Source: Chloroflexota bacterium (GTDB taxonomy: Bacteria > Chloroflexota > Dehalococcoidia > Lucifugimonadales > Australimonadaceae). Taken from it: a DNA stretch of 61,274 bases. The stretch lies in NCBI GenBank assembly GCA_038109085.1, contig JAYNIL010000004.1, positions 1 to 61,274 on the forward strand, given 5' to 3'. Numbering within the stretch: the first letter of the stretch is position 1; every line of letters starts with the position of its first letter. Under the pieces are notes generated by a model. That model was not told the DNA's origin. It saw nothing but the letters and a program-made list of their open reading frames with translations, and did not search any database. Position numbers and translations under genes: made by a program. Shown piece by piece: positions 53,655-61,274 of the stretch.

Positions 53655-54149
53655 CTACGCAGTGCCCGGGGCATCGGCCCCCTGGCACTGGGGACACGTA
53701 CCGTACACGTCGAACCGGAACCGTTCCAGGGCGTATCCGGCGCTGCCCGCAGCCTGGCTCACCTGCGCGTCCATCGCCTCTAGCAACACGTCGTCGATGC
53801 GTCCGCAGCGCACACACACCAGGTGCGGGTGTGGGTTGGGGCGCATGCCGTCGTAGCGGTTGGCGGGGATGCGGGAGTCGCGGAATTCCAGCTCCAGCAC
53901 CTCACCCAGCCCCCGCAGCAGGTCCAGCGTCTTGTAGACCGTGGCCCGCGAGAGCGCGGGGTGCTCGGCCACCACCTGCCGGTACAGGTCCTCCGCACCG
54001 GGGTGGGCCGAGGAGTGGACCAGCGCCTCCAGCACGGCGCGGCGCGCCGCCGAGAGGCGGTAGCCCGAGCGGCGCAGGCGCACCAGCAGCTGCTTCAGCC
54101 GCTCGTCGCGCTCCGTAGTGTCGGGAGATGTGGCACTAGGGATAATCAT
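53655..54149 (-). CDS. Fur-family transcriptional regulator (PerR-like by context)
   Basis: 164 aa. wHTH, HPHLVCVRCGRI (CxxC) and C-terminal CPQC. Confidence 0.85.
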   Translation of the reverse strand: MIIPSATSPDTTERDERLKQLLVRLRRSGYRLSAARRAVLEALVHSSAHPGAEDLYRQVVAEHPALSRATVYKTLDLLRGLGEVLELEFRDSRIPANRYDGMRPNPHPHLVCVRCGRIDDVLLEAMDAQVSQAAGSAGYALERFRFDVYGTCPQCQGADAPGTA

Positions 54150-54154
54150 TCTCC
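54140..54154. promoter_or_regulatory. Fur/PerR-type 7-1-7 inverted repeat overlapping the regulator's own start codon
   Basis: The minus strand reads GGAGAAT-G-ATTATCC, with arms matching 6 of 7. The plus strand GATAATCATTCTC matches 12 of 13 positions of the 3' part of the classical Fur box GATAATGATAATCATTATC. Confidence 0.5.
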
Positions 54155-54158
54155 TACC

Positions 54159-54186
54159 AAGTTATCACGAGCGGTGAGGGTGTCAA
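54159..54186 (-). promoter_or_regulatory. promoter of the Fur-family gene (near-leaderless)
   Basis: On the minus strand, TTGACA (54181-54186), a 16-nt spacer, then TAACTT (54159-54164). The ATG begins 10 nt after the -10. Confidence 0.5.
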
Positions 54187-54243
54187 CCGGGCCAGTCGGG
54201 ACCGGGCAGAACCACACCTGGCCCTCAGACGTAGTCCAAGCGC

Positions 54244-54272
54244 TTTGACAGCCCGCCCTACGGGCGCTATAG
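54244..54272 (+). promoter_or_regulatory. near-consensus sigma-70 promoter upstream of rpoB
   Basis: TTGACA (54244-54249), a 17-nt spacer, then TATAGT (54267-54272). It predicts a leader of about 150 nt. Confidence 0.65.
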
Positions 54273-54291
54273 TTTTCCCTTCGAGGAGAAG

Positions 54292-54324
54292 TATGCCTTT
54301 CCCAGCGAGGCACGCTCGTCCCTA
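54292..54324 (+). CDS. possible 10-codon leader peptide (uORF) in the rpoB leader
   Basis: GAGGAG SD (54282-54287), 4 nt, then ATG. It encodes MPFPARHARP followed by a stop, and lies 20 nt upstream of a terminator-like hairpin. Confidence 0.3.
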
Positions 54325-54344
54325 ACAACCCCAACCTCTTTAAA

Positions 54345-54367
54345 GGCCTAGCCGACCCCGCTAGGCC
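54345..54367 (+). terminator. terminator-like hairpin (candidate attenuator) in the rpoB leader
   Basis: GGCCTAGC / GCTAGGCC stem with loop CGACCCC, followed by CTTTTCCCGTT. Confidence 0.45.
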
Positions 54368-54430
54368 CTTTTCCCGTTCATCGGCCATCGGCCCCTGCGG
54401 CCCGCGGCCCCGAAGCAGAAGGGAGCGCTC

Positions 54431-57400
54431 ATGACGTCTGTGATGCCCCGGCCTGGCGCACTGCCCGCCCTCAAGACCTACGCTCGCATCCCTAAGGTGA
54501 TCGAGCCCTCCAGCCTGATCCAGATCCAGACCCGTTCCTTCGATTGGCTGAAGGACGAGGGGATCCGCGAGGTACTGGAGGAGATCAACCCCATCGTTGA
54601 TGCCACCGGCTCGCGGTTCGAACTGCACTTCTCGGGTCACGAGTTCCGCCAGCCCAAGCAGACCGAGGAGGAGTGCCGGGACAAGGAGTCCACCTTTGAG
54701 GCCCCCCTCTACGTGACGGTGAGCCTAGTGGTCAAGGAGACGGGGGAGATCAAGGAGCAGACGCTCTTCTTCGGGGACATCCCGATGATGACCCCCTCCG
54801 GCACCTTCGTCATCAATGGCGCCGAGCGCGTGGTGGTGAGCCAGCTGGTGCGCTCCCCCGGCGCCTACTTCACCCAGGTGCTGGACCCGGGCACGGGCCG
54901 CTACGGCTCCTTCTCCAAGCTGATCCCCTACCGCGGCGCGTGGCTGGAGTTCGAGACCAGCCCCCGCGACATCATCTCGGTGAAGATCGACCGCAAGCGC
55001 AAGCTGCCGGTCACCACCTTCCTGCGGGCGCTGGGCTACGCCACCGACGAGGAGCTGCTGGGCCTCTTCGCCGAGGTAGACACGGACCCGGACCACCCCT
55101 ACATCGCTACCACGCTGGAGCGCGACACTGCGGTGACCAACGAATCGCAGGCGCTGCTGGAGGTATACCGCAAGCTGCGCCCCGGCGAGCCGCCCTCGGT
55201 GGAGAGCGCACGCAACCTGCTGGACAACCTGTTCTTCAACCCCCGCCGCTACGACCTGGGCCGGGTGGGCCGCTACAAGATGACCCGCCGCCTGGGCGTG
55301 GAGACCCCGCCCGAAGACCGTACGCTGACCAAGGCGGACATCATCGAGATGCTCCGCATGATGATCCGCATCAACAACGGCCAGGCCCACGCCGACGACA
55401 TCGACCACCTGGGCAACCGCCGGGTGCGCGCGGTGGGCGAACTGATCCAGAACCAGCTGCGCGTGGGGCTGCTGCGCATGGAGCGCGTGGTCAAGGAGCG
55501 CATGACGATCCTGGACCAGGAGGAGGCGACCCCCTCCGCGCTGATCAACATCCGCCCCGTGGTTGCCGCGGTGCGTGAGTTCTTCGGCGGCTCGCAGCTC
55601 TCCCAGTTCATGGACCAGACCAACCCCCTGGCCGAGCTCACGCACAAGCGGCGACTCTCGGCCCTGGGCCCCGGCGGCCTCTCGCGTGAGCGCGCCGGGT
55701 TCGACGTGCGTGACGTGCACTACTCCCACTACGGGCGCATCTGCCCCATCGAGACCCCGGAGGGGCCGAACATCGGCCTGCTGGGCTCCCTCGCGACCTA
55801 CGCGCGCATCAACGACTACGGCTTCATCGAGTCGCCCTACCGGCACGTGTACAAGACCATCTCCACCCACGACCCGGACATCGCCGGGCGCATAGTGAAG
55901 GAGGACGTGCTGGACGCCGAGGGCAAGCCCGTGGCCCGCGCGGGCCGGGCGGTCTCAGGCGCGGCGGCCAAGCGTATGGCCGAGCTGCCGGAGCAGCAGG
56001 TAGGCGTGGTGCCGTTCATCTCGGCGCGGGAGGACGACATCGTCTTCCTGACCGCCGATGAGGAGGACAAGTACGTGGTGGCCCAGTCCACAACGCGCCT
56101 GGACGAGAAGGGCCAGCTGGTCTCCGAGCGCGTGGAGTGCCGGACGGCCGAGCACTACTCGCTGGAGCTGCCGGAGCGGGTGGACTACATGGACGTCTCG
56201 CCCATGCAGATTGTCTCGGTCTCCACGGCACTTATCCCCTTCCTGGAGCACGACGACGCCAACCGTGCGCTGATGGGTTCCAACATGCAGCGCCAGGCCG
56301 TCCCGCTCCTGCGCCCCGATGCCCCGCTGGTGGGCACAGGCATGGAGCGCCGGGTGGCCCACGACTCGGGCCAGATGGTGCTTTCCAAGGTGGCGGGCAC
56401 CGTGACCTCTGTCACGGGCGATTACGTGGTGGTCACCGCCGACGACGGCAAGGAGACCGCGCACGTGCTGCGCAAGTTCATCCGCTCCAACCAGGGCACG
56501 TGCCTCACCCATCGCGCCATCGTGAGCCGCGGCGACCGGGTGAACGTGGGCACGGCCCTCGCCGACTCCTCCTCCACCCAGCAGGGTGACCTGGCGCTGG
56601 GACAGAACGTGCTGTGCGCGTTCATGTCCATGGAGGGGTTCAACTTTGAAGACGCCATCATCATCTCGCAGAACGTGCTGCGGGACTCCAAGTTCACCTC
56701 GATCCACATCGAGAAGTACGAGGTGGAATCGCGCGACACCAAGCTGGGGCCGGGGGAGATCACCCGGGACATCCCCAACGTGGGTGAGGACGCCCTGCGC
56801 AACCTGGACGAGGAGGGCATCATCCGCGTGGGCGCGGAGGTGGTGCCCGGCGACATCCTGGTGGGCAAGATCACGCCCAAGGGCGAGACGGAGCTGACGG
56901 CCGAGGAGAAGCTGCTGCGAGCGATCTTCGGCGAAAAGGCGCGCGATGTGAAGGACACCTCCCTGCGCGTGCCCCACGGCGAGCGCGGCAAGGTGATCGA
57001 CGTGAAGGTGATGACCCGGGAGAACGGGGACGACCTGGCCCCTGGTGTCAACAAGTTGGTGCGCGTGTGGGTTGCCCAGACCCGCACGCTCTCCGAGGGC
57101 GACAAGATGGCGGGGCGCCACGGCAACAAGGGCGTGGTCTCCCGCATCATGCCGGTGGAGGACATGCCCTACCTGCCCGATGGCACGTCCATTGACGTGA
57201 TCCTGAACCCCATCGGCGTGCCCTCCCGCATGAACCTGGGCCAGGTGTTGGAGACGCACCTGGGCCTGGCTGCCCACAAGCTGCACTTCAGGGCGGCGAC
57301 GCCCGTGTTCGACGGGGCCACCGACGAGGACATCCGCGACGCTCTGGGCCGCTCATGGCTGGTGGAGCGCGCCGACGCCCTGGGCAAGAGTGCCACGGGC

Positions 57401-58282
57401 CAGGTGGCGGCCGACCCCGACTGGGGGAAGGCTCGCGCGTGGCTCGCCGAGCACGGCTTCGACGCCGACGCGGTCCTGGACGACCACGTGCCGGACGTGG
57501 CCACGGTTGCCTGCCTGCAGACCTGGCTTGGTGACTTGGCCCCTGCCTACGAAGAGGTCACCGGCGAGCAGCTGGGGAACCTCCCGGAGGACGTGGACGG
57601 CCTGTACCAGCTGACCCTGGCCGTGGCCCGCCGCCTGGGCATTGCCACCCCGGTGGTGGGCAAGTCGGTCCTCTACGACGGGCGCACGGGCGATACCTTC
57701 GACAGCCCGGTGACCGTCGGTTACATCTACATGATCAAGCTGATCCACCTGGTGGAGGACAAGATCCACGCTCGCTCCACCGGCCCCTACTCGCTGATCA
57801 CCCAGCAGCCGCTGGGCGGTAAAGCGCAGTTCGGTGGGCAGCGCTTCGGTGAGATGGAGGTGTGGGCGCTGGAGGCCTACTCCGCCGCCTACAACCTGCA
57901 GGAGATGCTGACCGTCAAGTCCGACGACGTGGTGGGCCGCGTGAAGACCTACGAGGCCATCGTCAAGGGCGAGGACGTGGTGCAGCCGGGCGTGCCCGAG
58001 TCGTTCCACGTCCTGGTGAAGGAGCTCCAGTCCCTCGGCATGGCCGTGGAACTGCGCTACGAGGAGGACCGGGGCGTGCCGGCCCCGCGCTTCACCTACG
58101 CCGAGGAGGAGGAGGAGGACCTCTCGGCCCTGCTCCCCCCCGCTCCGGAGGAGGGCGCGCCGTGGGAGGCGGGCTTCGAGCCCGAGGAGTCCGAGGGCGG
58201 CCCCGGCCCGGACGTGGGGCTGAACCTGAACACCTACGCCCGCCCGGCGCCCGACACGGGCGACGACACCGACCAGGAGTAA
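54431..58282 (+). CDS. rpoB: DNA-directed RNA polymerase subunit beta
   Basis: 1283 aa. [61 protein letters not shown]. Acidic C-terminal tail. Confidence 0.97.
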   Translation: MTSVMPRPGALPALKTYARIPKVIEPSSLIQIQTRSFDWLKDEGIREVLEEINPIVDATGSRFELHFSGHEFRQPKQTEEECRDKESTFEAPLYVTVSLVVKETGEIKEQTLFFGDIPMMTPSGTFVINGAERVVVSQLVRSPGAYFTQVLDPGTGRYGSFSKLIPYRGAWLEFETSPRDIISVKIDRKRKLPVTTFLRALGYATDEELLGLFAEVDTDPDHPYIATTLERDTAVTNESQALLEVYRKLRPGEPPSVESARNLLDNLFFNPRRYDLGRVGRYKMTRRLGVETPPEDRTLTKADIIEMLRMMIRINNGQAHADDIDHLGNRRVRAVGELIQNQLRVGLLRMERVVKERMTILDQEEATPSALINIRPVVAAVREFFGGSQLSQFMDQTNPLAELTHKRRLSALGPGGLSRERAGFDVRDVHYSHYGRICPIETPEGPNIGLLGSLATYARINDYGFIESPYRHVYKTISTHDPDIAGRIVKEDVLDAEGKPVARAGRAVSGAAAKRMAELPEQQVGVVPFISAREDDIVFLTADEEDKYVVAQSTTRLDEKGQLVSERVECRTAEHYSLELPERVDYMDVSPMQIVSVSTALIPFLEHDDANRALMGSNMQRQAVPLLRPDAPLVGTGMERRVAHDSGQMVLSKVAGTVTSVTGDYVVVTADDGKETAHVLRKFIRSNQGTCLTHRAIVSRGDRVNVGTALADSSSTQQGDLALGQNVLCAFMSMEGFNFEDAIIISQNVLRDSKFTSIHIEKYEVESRDTKLGPGEITRDIPNVGEDALRNLDEEGIIRVGAEVVPGDILVGKITPKGETELTAEEKLLRAIFGEKARDVKDTSLRVPHGERGKVIDVKVMTRENGDDLAPGVNKLVRVWVAQTRTLSEGDKMAGRHGNKGVVSRIMPVEDMPYLPDGTSIDVILNPIGVPSRMNLGQVLETHLGLAAHKLHFRAATPVFDGATDEDIRDALGRSWLVERADALGKSATGQVAADPDWGKARAWLAEHGFDADAVLDDHVPDVATVACLQTWLGDLAPAYEEVTGEQLGNLPEDVDGLYQLTLAVARRLGIATPVVGKSVLYDGRTGDTFDSPVTVGYIYMIKLIHLVEDKIHARSTGPYSLITQQPLGGKAQFGGQRFGEMEVWALEAYSAAYNLQEMLTVKSDDVVGRVKTYEAIVKGEDVVQPGVPESFHVLVKELQSLGMAVELRYEEDRGVPAPRFTYAEEEEEDLSALLPPAPEEGAPWEAGFEPEESEGGPGPDVGLNLNTYARPAPDTGDDTDQE

Positions 58283-58287
58283 ACCGC

Positions 58288-58311
58288 CTGGGGCGGGATG
58301 GCCCGCCCCAG
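58288..58311 (+). other. perfect 10-bp stem-loop between rpoB and rpoC
   Basis: CTGGGGCGGG / CCCGCCCCAG with loop ATGG, 5 nt after the rpoB stop. No U-tract. Confidence 0.5.
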
Positions 58312-58345
58312 CACACCCGGTGCCGAGCACCGAAGGAGAAGGCCC

Positions 58346-61274
<2,929 letters not shown>

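Overview
GC-rich bacterial chromosomal window. Third codon positions are mostly G/C, and almost every real gene has long antisense or off-frame shadow ORFs. Gene content, lipoprotein signals and several apparently leaderless promoters suggest a Chloroflexota- or Actinobacteria-like lineage, but this is inference only. I call about 56 protein genes and one tRNA-Pro(CGG). I saw no rRNA, CRISPR array, transposase, integrase or phage genes.

Layout:
- 1-13 kb: organic and aromatic acid catabolism. It holds a bicupin, a 7Fe ferredoxin, a coupled PrpD-family/orphan/CitE-like/CoA-transferase operon, a four-rhodanese protein, a Rieske oxygenase, a class II aldolase, two MFS transporters and an esterase.
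- 13-21 kb: housekeeping genes: pheS, hsp20, rdgB-moaA-rnhA-moaC-orphan, and pcrA.
- 21-34 kb: envelope glycosylation genes (two GT2 enzymes, a Ppm1-like synthase, a sugar-1-P nucleotidyltransferase, a GT-C enzyme, a flippase-like/GT2 fusion, an FAD oxidoreductase). These are interleaved with an Fe(III)-type ABC importer, a cupredoxin-like lipoprotein and a divergent DtxR-family regulator.
- 34.7-39.8 kb: a second catabolic module (MFS, Rieske, amidohydrolase, bicupin) paralogous to the first.
- 39.9-48.5 kb: argF-like, der, plsY, infC-rpmI-rplT, then convergent pheT-moeA-orphan.
- 48.6-54.1 kb: a redox-stress island with two redoxin-fold lipoproteins and a PerR-like/erythrin/HdrD-like/DUF3501-like/peroxiredoxin operon.
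- 54.2-61.3 kb: rpoB and partial rpoC.

Most interesting observations:
- A roughly 100-nt three-hairpin intergenic element present twice, with compensatory base changes.
- The uncharacterised Fe-S/DUF3501-like pair embedded in the PerR-like peroxide operon.
- The iron importer interleaved with glycosylation genes and a cupredoxin-like lipoprotein.
- An orphan ORF in an itaconate-like CoA operon, at the place where a hydratase would be expected.
- An rpoB leader with a consensus promoter, a 10-codon uORF and a terminator-like hairpin.
- Recurrent leaderless promoter geometry.
- Four convergent gene pairs that all end on a shared palindromic CTAG.

All family assignments come from reading motifs by eye. 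No database search was run.
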